Source of the DNA: Candidatus Obscuribacteraceae bacterium
Lineage (GTDB): Bacteria; Cyanobacteriota; Vampirovibrionia; Obscuribacterales; Obscuribacteraceae
Assembly (NCBI GenBank): GCA_044226015.1
Contig: JBGAHS010000007.1
Coordinates: 192,001-256,000, forward strand
Direction of reading: 5' to 3'
Length of the DNA: 64,000 bases
A program made the translations under genes and the position numbers. The notes beneath the pieces are model-generated. The model saw nothing but the letters and a program-made list of their open reading frames with translations, did no database searches and was not told the origin of the DNA. Shown in pieces: positions 20,809-30,922 of the stretch; within the stretch, counting starts at the first letter, position 1; every line of letters starts with the position of its first letter.

Positions 20809-21702
20809 ATGGTGGATTTGAAATTTGGTATCAGCGCTATCGCATTATCAGCTATTCTATTTGGATATGGTGTGCAAAATTCTGAAGCTAAGAACAAATA
20901 TGACTGGCTAAATTCGGTGCAAATGCAAACCATCAATAATTTAGATGGGCAGCGTTCTCGCATAAACAGCAAGTTGGATACTGCAATTAATAGCAATCAA
21001 TTGAATCGAAATGGAGCAAACTCCATTAAGAGACAGCTTGCAGACAATATGGATATGCAAACACGATTCCTCAACGATCGCCTGCTTGACCCAACAGAAA
21101 CAACACAGCTAGTTAATAATCTCACTGCAATAGAAAATAACTTGCAGGCTCAAATTCAGTCATTCTCAGCTACACCAAGCAATATTTTGAATAACTCTAA
21201 CTTCGGTGGTTCCTGGAATAACAATCCTTTTGGAATTTCCCTCGGTAACCTGAATCCTAACAGCGATTATGCAAAAATGCACATTTCCGTTATTAACCAT
21301 GTGCAAAAGATGCAACAGCAGATCGATAAGGGCAGAGGCAATGGCAACCTAACACGCAGCGAAGCAAGCAAACTTCAAAACCAACTCAATGATATTGTTC
21401 GCCGAGACAAAGATCTGGTGCGTCAGCCAGGCAATACAAATGACATTGTTCAGACCCGCTATCTGCTTCAAAGCTGCCTGGATCTTGGTAATAGGATCAA
21501 TTACAACCTGAGCGATAACGAAACCCGCAGAAATTCCGATTGGCGTAGTGGCACCGGTAATGGTGGCAAACCAAATTGGAATAACGGCAACAACAATGGC
21601 AACCCAAATTGGAATAACGGCAACAACAACGGCAATCCAAATTGGAATAACAATAGTAATGGACATGATGGAGATGGTCATCATCACCACCACCATGATT
21701 AA
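20809..21702 (+). CDS. Secreted hypothetical protein with two helical repeat modules, Asn/Gly-rich repeats and a His-rich tail
   Basis: Signal peptide MVDLKFGISAIALSAILFGYGVQNSEA; module NGNLTRSEASKLQNQLNDI; ends HDGDGHHHHHHD. ORF-track start 20731 overlaps the promoter motif. Confidence 0.8.
   Translation: MVDLKFGISAIALSAILFGYGVQNSEAKNKYDWLNSVQMQTINNLDGQRSRINSKLDTAINSNQLNRNGANSIKRQLADNMDMQTRFLNDRLLDPTETTQLVNNLTAIENNLQAQIQSFSATPSNILNNSNFGGSWNNNPFGISLGNLNPNSDYAKMHISVINHVQKMQQQIDKGRGNGNLTRSEASKLQNQLNDIVRRDKDLVRQPGNTNDIVQTRYLLQSCLDLGNRINYNLSDNETRRNSDWRSGTGNGGKPNWNNGNNNGNPNWNNGNNNGNPNWNNNSNGHDGDGHHHHHHD
21571..21651 (+). repeat. 33-bp in-frame tandem repeat (PNWNNGNNNGN x ~2.5)
   Basis: CCAAATTGGAATAAC recurs at 21571, 21604 and 21637. 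Confidence 0.9.
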
Positions 21703-21730
21703 TTGACACTGTTCAACAGAGCACACAGAA

Positions 21731-21763
21731 AGGGAGTTGGTTTACCAACTCCCTCTTATTTTT
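21731..21763 (+). terminator. Rho-independent terminator
   Basis: AGGGAGTTGGT-tt-ACCAACTCCCT then a T-rich tract. Confidence 0.85.
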
Positions 21764-21864
21764 GTCATCATTTCCTTAGAAATTTTATTGGTGTTCTTGC
21801 TTTACAGTGCTCGATCTAGCTCAGCCGAAGTGAATTTTGAGCAATTTGTGAGTATTGCCACTGC

Positions 21865-21891
21865 GGAACTCGACAATTAATCTCGCGTCCA
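21865..21891 (+). promoter_or_regulatory. Putative ECF sigma promoter GGAACT-N16-GTCCA
   Basis: Motif read from the sequence ~43 bp upstream of ATG 21935. Confidence 0.6.
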
Positions 21892-21934
21892 CCCACGAAC
21901 AAGCATTGGTTGTAAAACAAATAGAGGAAGTGTC

Positions 21935-22699
21935 ATGGAAAAAAAAATCAAGCTTGGAGGCATCGCACTACTGACATTAGTGCTCGGTCTGTCCTCCTAC
22001 GTTAAGGTTAGTGCTAGCGATTACATCGAGGTGCCAGCTGACTCTCAGCTCTTTACAAAAGCAGAACTGGATGAGCAAAGAACCAGCATCGATGCAACGC
22101 TAACAACCGCACTGAACAATGGTCAACTCACAGATGTACAGGCTGACTCTATCAGAGCAAAGATCAGTCAAAACTGCAAACTACAGGAATCGTACATGTC
22201 CGACGGTGCTATTGATTTAGCAGAAGGTCAAGAAGTAAATCGAAGTCTGCTCGGAATTGCAGAAATGATGCAAGACGATATGCGCGCCACAGTAGCAGCT
22301 AACGCTGCTATAAGCGAAGGTGCCGTAATGGCAAACGTGCCACTGAATACCACGATCTCGACCGCTCGATTCTACAAGTACGGCTTTGGTGCTGACTTTG
22401 TAGATGGTGGTCCAGATATTGCAGCTAATGTGGCAAACTTCAACAACAAAGAGCTTTGCCTTTCAGCTCAACTTGAGGAAGGGCGCTCTGATGGTCGCCT
22501 CTCTGGTACCGAATACTTTTTCTTAAAAGGGAAGTTGAACGATCTTGCTGCTCGCACACAGCAAATAGCTGACTTGCGCAGACATTTCACCTGGACTGAG
22601 CAAGAAAAAATGGTGGGCAAGCTAAATGACTTGCAAGCGCATGTGAATGACCATCTGAGCGATAACGAAATCGCTTCAGTTAGCAAAGTAACAATGTAG
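21935..22699 (+). CDS. Secreted hypothetical protein with two helical repeat modules (paralog of 20809..21702)
   Basis: Signal peptide; modules LDEQRTSIDATLTTALNNGQLT and EEGRSDGRLSGTE..LKGKLNDL..HLSDNE align by eye with the upstream gene. Confidence 0.8.
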   Translation: MEKKIKLGGIALLTLVLGLSSYVKVSASDYIEVPADSQLFTKAELDEQRTSIDATLTTALNNGQLTDVQADSIRAKISQNCKLQESYMSDGAIDLAEGQEVNRSLLGIAEMMQDDMRATVAANAAISEGAVMANVPLNTTISTARFYKYGFGADFVDGGPDIAANVANFNNKELCLSAQLEEGRSDGRLSGTEYFFLKGKLNDLAARTQQIADLRRHFTWTEQEKMVGKLNDLQAHVNDHLSDNEIASVSKVTM

Positions 22700-22797
22700 A
22701 AAAGCTTGGAACTCATCAGGGTTCCTTGAAAATGGAGAGAGCAGAAGCCGTGAATTCTGTTCTCTCCTCTAAAAATGAGGAATCTTGGCGCCTGAAG

Positions 22798-22828
22798 AAA
22801 AAAGCGGAATCTTTCGACTCCGCTTTTT
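22798..22828. terminator. Bidirectional terminator between convergent genes (a second hairpin lies at 22734-22767)
   Basis: AAAAAAGCGGAATC-tttc-GACTCCGCTTTTT. Confidence 0.8.
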
Positions 22829-22849
22829 CATATAGTTATCTACTCGAAT

Positions 22850-25099
22850 TTAGTAGATGTAGAGCATCTCGCGGAACTTAGGTAGTGGCCACAGCGAGTC
22901 ATCCACCATACTTTCCAGATCGTCGGCAGCTGCTCTCACAGCATTCATTGATGGAATTACTTTCTCTTGATAGAAGCGAGCGTGATCGAGAACATCATTT
23001 TCGCCTTCGTGATCTACTTCACGAGTGATTGCATCGAGGTGCTCAAGCATCAATTTCAACTTGTTGATTTTTTCGCATACATCTCTGAGCAGTTTCTCTT
23101 GAGGTTGCAATTCAAGTCCAGCTATTGCTGCCTTGGTTTGTGCAATGCTGGTAGCCAGTTTTAACTGGTAATCGATTGCGGCAGGGAGAATCATTGTGTT
23201 GCCCATATTAATGGTCAACTGGGCTTCGATATTTATGGTTTTGCAATAGCTTTCAAGCAATATGATGTAACGGCTTTGCATTTCATCTCTGCTCAGAACA
23301 CCAAAGCGCTCGAATAAATGGAGGCTTTCTTCTTCCAAATAGACCGGCAACGCTTCAACTGTGTTCTTAAAGTTTGGCAAGCCGCGTTTTGCTGCTTCTT
23401 CGTGCCATTCTTTCGAGTAGTTATCGCCATTGAATATGATTCTCTGGTTTTCGGTGAGAACATTCTTTACGACTTTCAACGCAGCATCAGGCAAATTCTC
23501 TGTAGTCTTCAACTCGGCTTCAAGCATGTTTGAGATGTAATCGAGAGAATCAGCTACCATGGTGTTCAGCACCGTATTTGGTGTTCCGATAGATTGGCTA
23601 GAGCCAACTGCGCGGAATTCAAATTTGTTGCCGGTGAACGCGAATGGAGAGGTTCTGTTTCTATCAGAATCATCGCGCGGCAATTCTGGAAGTGTTGAAA
23701 TTCCGATTTGTAGCGCTTTTGATTTGGCACCTGCAGCGTCTTTGCCTTCAACGATAGCTTCAACCAGGGCTCTCAGTGCATCACCAAGGTAAATGCTCAT
23801 GATTGCTGGTGGAGCTTCGTTCGCGCCTAGACGATGGTCATTGCCAGCGGAAGCAATACTTGCTCTGAGCATTCCGCCGTACTTATTCACGGCTCTGATT
23901 ACTGCGCTGAGAACCACGAGGAACTGTAAGTTGTCGTGTGGTGTTTTACCAGGATCAAGAAGGTTGTTGCCTTTGTCATCAGCCATCGACCAGTTGTTGT
24001 GCTTACCACTTCCATTTACACCTGAGAATGGCTTTTCGTGGAACAGGCAGCGGAATCCATGTTTTTGTGCGGTCTTTTTGAAGACTTCCATCAATAACAT
24101 GTTGTGGTCGGTAGCGACGTTGCTGAATTCGAAGACCGGTGCGACTTCAAACTGAGCTGGTGCTACTTCATTGTGGCGGGTCTTTACTGGAACTCCGAGC
24201 TTGTAGAGTTCCAATTCAGAGTCCATCATGAACGAGAGAACGCGCTCTCTGATCGAGCCCCAGTAGTGGTCTTCCATTTCCTGACCTTTAGGAGGACGAG
24301 CTCCGAAAAGAGCCCGTCCGCAATTGATAAGGTCTGGACGCATCAGGAAAAATGATTCGTCAATCAGGAAGTACTCTTGTTCAGGACCAACTGTGCAATT
24401 GATTCTTTCTGAACTTGTATTTCCCAGCAAACGCAGAAGGCGCATGCCTGTCTTGTTGATTGCATCTAATGAGCGAAGAAGTGGTGTCTTCTTGTCGAGA
24501 GCATGTCCACCATAAGAACAGAATACTGTTGGGATACAGAGAGTCTTTCCGTTGGTGCTTTCCATGATGAATGCTGGACTTGTAGCATCCCAACCAGTGT
24601 ATCCTCTAGCTTCGAAAGTTGAGCGAATTCCGCCTGAAGGGAAACTTGAAGCATCTGGTTCACCCTGAATAAGCACTTTCCCAGAGAATTCTAGAATTGC
24701 GCCTTCATCACCTGTTGATACCAGAAACGCGTCATGCTTTTCTGCAGTGAGACCCGTGAGGGGCATGAACCAGTGCGTGAAGTGTGTTGCTCCACGTGAA
24801 ATAGCCCAATCTTTCATTGCGTTAGCCACTACATCTGCCAGAGATGGATCAAGGCTCTCACCATGATCTAGGCAGCGCACAACGGCTTTATAAACAGCTT
24901 TCGGCAAGAGCTGTCGCATTGTTGCGCGATTAAAAACGTTGCTGCCGAAAAGTTCTGGCAGCGCTGTGCGTGAGTCCATACTTGACTTAACTGGCTGTCG
25001 ATTCTGAACCGTGTTGATAGCTTTGTGTCTGGGATTTCCGTTTCCGTGTGCTGTGCTGTGCATCGTAGTTGCTGCCTTATCTGCGACTGAGTGTGTCAT
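22850..25099 (-). CDS. glnN: Glutamine synthetase type III
   Basis: 749 aa; GATHFTHWF.PLTG.TAEKHD, QGEPDASSFPSGG, TRHNEVAP.QFE, HEKPF.GVNGSGKHNNWS, HRLGANEAPPAI, DRNRTSPFAFTGNKFEFR. Confidence 0.97.
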   Translation of the reverse strand: MTHSVADKAATTMHSTAHGNGNPRHKAINTVQNRQPVKSSMDSRTALPELFGSNVFNRATMRQLLPKAVYKAVVRCLDHGESLDPSLADVVANAMKDWAISRGATHFTHWFMPLTGLTAEKHDAFLVSTGDEGAILEFSGKVLIQGEPDASSFPSGGIRSTFEARGYTGWDATSPAFIMESTNGKTLCIPTVFCSYGGHALDKKTPLLRSLDAINKTGMRLLRLLGNTSSERINCTVGPEQEYFLIDESFFLMRPDLINCGRALFGARPPKGQEMEDHYWGSIRERVLSFMMDSELELYKLGVPVKTRHNEVAPAQFEVAPVFEFSNVATDHNMLLMEVFKKTAQKHGFRCLFHEKPFSGVNGSGKHNNWSMADDKGNNLLDPGKTPHDNLQFLVVLSAVIRAVNKYGGMLRASIASAGNDHRLGANEAPPAIMSIYLGDALRALVEAIVEGKDAAGAKSKALQIGISTLPELPRDDSDRNRTSPFAFTGNKFEFRAVGSSQSIGTPNTVLNTMVADSLDYISNMLEAELKTTENLPDAALKVVKNVLTENQRIIFNGDNYSKEWHEEAAKRGLPNFKNTVEALPVYLEEESLHLFERFGVLSRDEMQSRYIILLESYCKTINIEAQLTINMGNTMILPAAIDYQLKLATSIAQTKAAIAGLELQPQEKLLRDVCEKINKLKLMLEHLDAITREVDHEGENDVLDHARFYQEKVIPSMNAVRAAADDLESMVDDSLWPLPKFREMLYIY

Positions 25100-25114
25100 C
25101 TTGTTCTGTTCCTC

Positions 25115-25546
25115 CTAGGCGCCCATTGCCTTTAGAATTACGCGCTTCTTACGCTTCCCATCAAACTCTGCATAAAAAATCTGTTCCCACGGTCCCAAGT
25201 CCAGCTTGCCTTCAGTGATAGGCACAGTGACCTGATGGTTAATGAGAATGCGCTTCAGATGCGCATCTCCGTTGTCTTCGCCCGTGTTGTGGTGCTTGTA
25301 GTCCAGACCGGAAGGTGCCAGTTTCTCAAGCCATTGATCAATGTCTTGAATCAAGCCGCCTTCCCAATCGTTTATGTAAACGCCTGCTGTGATGTGCATC
25401 GCGGAAACCAGCACAAAGCCCTCTTTGATGCCGCTTTCCTTGACCATATTCTCGACTTCGTCGGTTATGCGTATATACTCCCTGGTCTTTTTCGTGTCGA
25501 ACCAGAGGTATTTTGTATATGTCTTCAAGCCGTCACTTACCTTCAT
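25115..25546 (-). CDS. yjbQ: YjbQ/UPF0047 family protein
   Basis: [42 protein letters not shown]. Confidence 0.92.
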   Translation of the reverse strand: MKVSDGLKTYTKYLWFDTKKTREYIRITDEVENMVKESGIKEGFVLVSAMHITAGVYINDWEGGLIQDIDQWLEKLAPSGLDYKHHNTGEDNGDAHLKRILINHQVTVPITEGKLDLGPWEQIFYAEFDGKRKKRVILKAMGA

Positions 25547-25730
25547 CCGGGAACCCCATGATTAAGCTGATTGCCGTATTCTCTTGAAAAGAAAGCGGCT
25601 CTTTGGACTGCTTCGACAGTTTAGCGCTTTAATCTACAAACTACATTTATTTGTTAAGAAGTCGATCTAATACAGAGCGCGCGAAAGCTGATTGTAACGC
25701 GCTGTTAGCCCATAATTCTCTGTGCCGGTT

Positions 25731-27023
25731 CTAAATGGAGCCGCTAATTCTTCTAATTAAATCAGTCATTCCGGGCTTCAAGAGCGCTTCGGAAGCAGCC
25801 GGTAAAGCATCAATGTTAAGCTCGCCCTTCCATTTTGATAGTTTCTTTACGGATTCGGCGTAATCCAATGGTTTGATGCTGACTGGCATCATGCCGTTTT
25901 GCTGCGAATTCCAGCGCAAGTCGACCCGCACAGAAAGCTGTTTTTGAGGGTCAAATACAACAGATTTAAAGGTTTGCTGTTCGAGTGCTTCAGCAGCTTG
26001 AGAGAATTCTGCAAGCTTTCCACTCTTTTGAAGTTTCAAGATTGCTTCGGCTTGTCTGCCTGTTCCTTCATAGAAGGTTATTATGCCTTCTTTCGGAACG
26101 CCGATGACGCCAGTTTTATAGACAGTATTGAAGTCTCCACTGGTTGGTAGCAAATGATTTTCATGTGTATGAAACAGCTGTTCTGCTCTCTTTCCCATGT
26201 AGACTTCGCTTTCATTACCGGGCAATCTTGCGCTCAGTTTTATTTCAGGAGTTGCAGACTTGAGCTTGAAAAAACGACCTTCTTCTAGCCCTCTCCAGGG
26301 AGTTTTGCTCACCATTTCCTGGGCTGCTTGAAACAGATTCGCTCCTTCTCCTGTGCTGCCAATTTTCAACGTCTGTGCATCAGTGCTCAAGTAATGAAGC
26401 CCCTCTGGCGCGAGCCTGCGTGCAGGAAGCTCTGCCACATTCTTCACTGATTCCGAAATTGAAGATAGCGAAGAAAATTTGTTGGTCAAACGCAGCCCGC
26501 CATAAGCCCCCGCAAGAAGCGCTGGTGATGTTTCTAGAAGGTCAGCACTTAGCTTGCCCAGGGTCTTGCTTCCTGTCTGCACTAACGCGCTTTGCTCGCT
26601 GGCATTGTTTGCATAGTAAGCTTTTGCCGAAAAGTTCAAAGAGCTTCCAAGGGCGGCTGTTCCAGCACCTAAACCGCCCAGTGTCAGCAATGACTTTGCA
26701 AAAACCGGTGACTTTGCCAGAAGCACAGCTGTGCCGAAGCCAATTGCTGTTGATTCAAGCACTTTCAGTGCTGTTTCGGGCTTCTTAAAATCTGAGCTTA
26801 GTGAGTTTGCAAACTCTCCCGGAGCAGCGGCAAAAGTTTGCATGTATACCGAGGCAATATTTGAAAGCCCCGCCTTTATGCCGCTGGGTTCAGTGTGCAT
26901 AACTGCAGCTAGCGACTCAGCGCTGCTGAGCCGCGTGTTCTCGACAAGAGCTAAGAGCGAGATTTCGCTCTGGTCCTTTACGCCGGTTTTTGTGCCGTTG
27001 GAAAGTTCCGAAAGCTCTCCCAT
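25731..27023 (-). CDS. Hypothetical protein with hydrophobic helical N-terminal half and a JAB/MPN-like HxH...D motif
   Basis: Hydrophobic Gly/Ala helices at aa ~85-130; EEG...FHTHENHLLPTSGD. Confidence 0.6.
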   Translation of the reverse strand: MGELSELSNGTKTGVKDQSEISLLALVENTRLSSAESLAAVMHTEPSGIKAGLSNIASVYMQTFAAAPGEFANSLSSDFKKPETALKVLESTAIGFGTAVLLAKSPVFAKSLLTLGGLGAGTAALGSSLNFSAKAYYANNASEQSALVQTGSKTLGKLSADLLETSPALLAGAYGGLRLTNKFSSLSSISESVKNVAELPARRLAPEGLHYLSTDAQTLKIGSTGEGANLFQAAQEMVSKTPWRGLEEGRFFKLKSATPEIKLSARLPGNESEVYMGKRAEQLFHTHENHLLPTSGDFNTVYKTGVIGVPKEGIITFYEGTGRQAEAILKLQKSGKLAEFSQAAEALEQQTFKSVVFDPQKQLSVRVDLRWNSQQNGMMPVSIKPLDYAESVKKLSKWKGELNIDALPAASEALLKPGMTDLIRRISGSI

Positions 27024-27089
27024 AAGCCACTAGTTTCTCCGTTTCTGCTTAGATGCTAAGCTTTCCGGAGCCTTCAGTCAGTGGGGAAA

Positions 27090-28658
27090 TTACGATTGGG
27101 TCTCAAGCACTTTGTTGAGGTATTTTGGTGGGCAAAAGGTGCCAAACTCGCCAGCCTTAAGCTTCGCTGACTTGTTTTTCAGCGCTTCTACAAAAATCGT
27201 GGATACTGTACTGAGCTCGCCTCCCTCAGATTTGAGTTCGCTCAATTGTTTGGTGGCCAGTCTTTTGTCTCCACTAACTAGCTCGAAGGCAATCAGGTCT
27301 GTTGCATAGTCTTGATAGGCCAGGCGTGCCATAACTTGCTTCCGGTCTTGCTTGAACAGTTTCTTTTGCGCTTCTACTTGCTCATTTAAGTACTTCCGGC
27401 ACGCATCTGTTTCATTGGCTAACGCGAGAAGCTGAGCGTAATCTCTCTTGTGGGGAATCGAACGATAGTGTTTATCATTGCCGTGGGTGCTTTTGCGCTC
27501 ATCGAAAGCTATGGCGGCTAAAACTATTTGTTTTGCTGCATCGAAGTTGTTTGCAAGAATGAAGTTTTTACTGTAGTCGATTTGATCAGAGCCGTAATCA
27601 AGCTCGGAATTGAAGTTTGCAACCTGGCTTAAATACGAACTCAAATGAGAATTGTATTCGGGCTTCATTCCTTTCTTGTAATATGCATAGGCGAGCGCAT
27701 AGCTATCAAAGACCAGAGATGGTTGGTAGACAAGTTCTTTCGTGCCGCGCATCTGCAACGCTTCTTTGGCATGAGCTATGATTTTGTCAAACTCTCTCAA
27801 CTCAATTTCGTTTGCAGTGAGTCTTTCCAGAGCGTAGACCTTCCAGTCAGAGCGCTCTTTCGAAATGTCGTGCAAGTTTTGAAAGGCAATTTCTGCCTCT
27901 GCGTTTTTTCCACTGTTGAAGTAAACAGAGCCTAGTTTTGAGTAACAATCTCTTTGCCATGGAACTGACTTCTGATCGCTTGCGATTTGAAGTCCTCGTT
28001 TCAAAATGCTCTCTGCCTGTTCGGGCTGATTGTTTTTGGACAGATACTCACCCAACTGATTTAGCGTTTCAATCAAAGCAAAATTGTCTTTGCCGAGAGC
28101 CCTTTCTTGAAGGGCAAGTGATTCCCTCAGCACCGATATTGCACCAGGCAAATCGTAGTTTCTCTCTTTTGCCTGCGCCAACTCTATTCGAGCCATGCTC
28201 GCATATCGATTAACGGGTTGTTTCTTGCAAATTTCAACTATGCGTTGATTGTATTTCTCGGCAGCTTCGTAGTTATGATCTTTAGTCTCCAGCTCAGCAG
28301 CCAGGCTTAAAGCGGTGCAAACCATTATGTTGTCTGCTCCCAGCTCGTCTTCATAAATTGCTCGCGCGACTTCAATCTCAGAACGTGCTGCCTGGTTTTT
28401 TCCTTCAGCCAGGTTCTTTTGTGCGCTAGAAATAGCAAAATGGGCTTTGAGCAGCCGTTTATTGTGTTCCTGACTGAATGCTCTTGATACTAGCCTACCC
28501 CAGTTAACATCAGGTGTTTGTTCGTAAGAGGAATTCGAACTTGTCTTTATTTCCTTGATTTGCATAAACATAAAAGCGCAGATTGCGACGGGCAGGACGA
28601 GGAAAAATCCAACTCCTGCCGCTATCAGGACAATCTGTTTTTTTGTAAGTTTAGGCAA
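27090..28658 (-). CDS. Membrane-anchored TPR protein
   Basis: N-terminal TM; kinesin-light-chain-type TPRs (SLALQERALGKD..TLNQLG). Confidence 0.85.
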   Translation of the reverse strand: MPKLTKKQIVLIAAGVGFFLVLPVAICAFMFMQIKEIKTSSNSSYEQTPDVNWGRLVSRAFSQEHNKRLLKAHFAISSAQKNLAEGKNQAARSEIEVARAIYEDELGADNIMVCTALSLAAELETKDHNYEAAEKYNQRIVEICKKQPVNRYASMARIELAQAKERNYDLPGAISVLRESLALQERALGKDNFALIETLNQLGEYLSKNNQPEQAESILKRGLQIASDQKSVPWQRDCYSKLGSVYFNSGKNAEAEIAFQNLHDISKERSDWKVYALERLTANEIELREFDKIIAHAKEALQMRGTKELVYQPSLVFDSYALAYAYYKKGMKPEYNSHLSSYLSQVANFNSELDYGSDQIDYSKNFILANNFDAAKQIVLAAIAFDERKSTHGNDKHYRSIPHKRDYAQLLALANETDACRKYLNEQVEAQKKLFKQDRKQVMARLAYQDYATDLIAFELVSGDKRLATKQLSELKSEGGELSTVSTIFVEALKNKSAKLKAGEFGTFCPPKYLNKVLETQS

Positions 28659-28669
28659 GCGCGAACCTG

Positions 28670-29896
28670 TTAGATCGGTGCTGTTTTCGGGCTAGGGGAA
28701 GAGGTTGCCTTGATTGAACTGTGAGCATTTGAGCTGGCTTGCAGTCTGGCTAGACTTGCTTTAGCGCTCAGCATGTCAGGGTTGAGTGAAACCGCATGAA
28801 GATATGCGTTTATGGCGTCGGAGTTATTTCCCTTTTGCTCCAACAATTTACCCAAATGTGACCAGAGATCTGCATTCGATGGGGAAAGTGTTACAGCTGT
28901 TTCAAGTTCACGTTTGGCAGTTTCGAGATCGCCGTGGCTTTCGGCCATGTAAGCGAGATCCACATGGTAGGCTGCAGCGTTTGGTTGACTTTTTACAGCT
29001 TCTTCCAATTCCTTTTGCGCTTCTTGCACTTTGCCATTCTGCGCGAGCATATAAGCAAGATCTGCTCGGGATGAGCCATCATGCGGAGCCAGTTCGAACG
29101 TTCGTTGATAATGTTCTTCCGCCTTTGCGAAATTTCCTAAGTTGGCGTATCCATAAGCAAGTGATCGTTGAACTGCAAAATCATCTGGCACAAGGTCGCT
29201 GGCAAGCTCCAGCTCTGTTACGGCTTTTATCCAATCCTGGTTGCGAGCCCATTGCATGCCCTTCTTATAATGTTTGACCATACTGTCAGTTTTGAGAACG
29301 TGAGCTTCTTCCGGAGTCATGGGAACCGCTTCGCAGAGCCCAACTGTCATCATGAATTCGGCCACACTGCGCCAGAAATTGAATTTCAGCAGTGAAACTA
29401 CACAAAGGTCTCTGTGTGCTATTTTGAGATCTGGATAATCCATGATTGCAAGATCTAGCTCTGTTTGAGCTAAATCAAGTTCCCAATCTTTCATATATCG
29501 TTTGGACTCTGCCCAATGTCTGACTCCACGGTCATGAGCGGCATCAGGCAAAGCAGCTGCAAGTCCTTCAGCGCTTTGTTCGGTTGTAGATGTCGATGCG
29601 CTGGTATCGTCATTGGTGTCATCTTTGGCGTTTGCATCGCTGGCAGTTTCGGGTTTATTTTCTTCAGATGCCGTAGCACTGTCTTCGGTGCTGGCAGCAG
29701 ATTGTTCTGATTTTACCCCGGCGACGGCTGTGTTTTGCGCAGCTTGGCTGGCTTTCTCAGAAATCTTGGTATCCGATTTAGGGGAAGATTTGCTGTCTTC
29801 CGGACTTGCTGTAACAAGTTGCCCACTCAAAAAAGTAATTGACAAAGCAAGCATCAATGCTCTTTTGGGCTGAAAAAACAAATTACTCACGAGCAT
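28670..29896 (-). CDS. Secreted TPR protein
   Basis: Signal peptide, low-complexity S/T/D/E linker, several canonical TPRs. Confidence 0.88.
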   Translation of the reverse strand: MLVSNLFFQPKRALMLALSITFLSGQLVTASPEDSKSSPKSDTKISEKASQAAQNTAVAGVKSEQSAASTEDSATASEENKPETASDANAKDDTNDDTSASTSTTEQSAEGLAAALPDAAHDRGVRHWAESKRYMKDWELDLAQTELDLAIMDYPDLKIAHRDLCVVSLLKFNFWRSVAEFMMTVGLCEAVPMTPEEAHVLKTDSMVKHYKKGMQWARNQDWIKAVTELELASDLVPDDFAVQRSLAYGYANLGNFAKAEEHYQRTFELAPHDGSSRADLAYMLAQNGKVQEAQKELEEAVKSQPNAAAYHVDLAYMAESHGDLETAKRELETAVTLSPSNADLWSHLGKLLEQKGNNSDAINAYLHAVSLNPDMLSAKASLARLQASSNAHSSIKATSSPSPKTAPI

Positions 29897-30031
29897 GCAA
29901 ATCCCTCATTGGGTCAGTACAAGATTCATTATGCCATTAGTTTTAATTGAGATCTAAAGCATTTTGCATCGAAGTTGATCAGGATTTTTCCTAGTTGATC
30001 TGCAAAAGCATTGTCTTTATTGCCTTTGCGA

Positions 30032-30922
30032 CTAGATGGCGACCATCGACATCTCATGCTCTTTGCAGAATGCCAACATCTCTTCCTTTTCAACAATCAT
30101 TGTCTCGTGGGCGCCTACAGCCAGTACCCCTCCGGGCTTGGGGGACAGCATCGATTTTAATGTATTCATTCCTACTGCTGGAATATCGAAGCGTTCGTCG
30201 TGTCCCCTTTTCGCCACTTTTACGACGACAACGGGACCCTTTGCCAGTTGAACAGCTCTCTGAATCGCGCGGTCCGTTCCCTCAATTGCCTCAATCGCCA
30301 TGATCATCTGGTTTCGCACAATAACAGTCTGACCAATATCTAGACGGGCGATTTCCTTAGCGATCCTCTTGCCGAACTCAATGTCTGCATACTCGCCTGT
30401 GCTTGGTTTTCGTTCTGTTAGCACTCCGAAATCGGGAAAAAGCTCGGTAAGGAACTCTGATTGAGTGCGAACTTTGATGCCATTGCGCTCAACAAAGTCG
30501 CCCATGGCTCGCTGAATTGTGTCGTCGTTGAAATCTGACAGCTTGCTCAGCTCTCTAACTGCCGTCCAATCAAACTTGGTCAGGTTCTTAAATATCTCGA
30601 GTTTTGGCACTTTACCGATGAACACAAGGTAGGGAATGCCCTCTGCTTTCATTAAATTGGCGTTTCTGCCTAATTGGCCGGGCGCTATCTGAAAAGTCTT
30701 GAGGCAATGTGACTGCACTCTATTCTCGGCTTCCGGGCTCAGGCAGAAGGCAACTACCTTGTATCCCTTAGCTGCAGCGCAACGGGCTAATATTGCGGGT
30801 AACTTTCCCTCGCCGGCTACCAGCCCAAGGAGGCAGCCATTCCCCGGACTTGCGGGTGTTTTTGGTACTTTAAGCTCTTCTGTGTTTTCCAAGTTAGTTA
30901 GCAAGATTCCGTTGTGCTCCAT
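30032..30922 (-). CDS. lpxI: UDP-2,3-diacylglucosamine diphosphatase LpxI
   Basis: LGLVAGEGKLP, DIGQTVIV, AIEAIEGTD..I.R, VKVAK..HDERFDIPAVG. Confidence 0.93.
   Translation of the reverse strand: MEHNGILLTNLENTEELKVPKTPASPGNGCLLGLVAGEGKLPAILARCAAAKGYKVVAFCLSPEAENRVQSHCLKTFQIAPGQLGRNANLMKAEGIPYLVFIGKVPKLEIFKNLTKFDWTAVRELSKLSDFNDDTIQRAMGDFVERNGIKVRTQSEFLTELFPDFGVLTERKPSTGEYADIEFGKRIAKEIARLDIGQTVIVRNQMIMAIEAIEGTDRAIQRAVQLAKGPVVVVKVAKRGHDERFDIPAVGMNTLKSMLSPKPGGVLAVGAHETMIVEKEEMLAFCKEHEMSMVAI

Noticed and set aside
21571..21651. 33-bp periodic repeat as a possible CRISPR array
   Set aside because: Units are contiguous with no unique spacers, lie in frame within a CDS, and no cas genes are present.
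25693..25709. TGTAACGCGCTGTTAGC upstream of yjbQ-glnN as an NtcA/GlnR box
   Set aside because: It does not match GTA-N8-TAC and only partly matches TGTNA-N7-TNACA; too weak to call.
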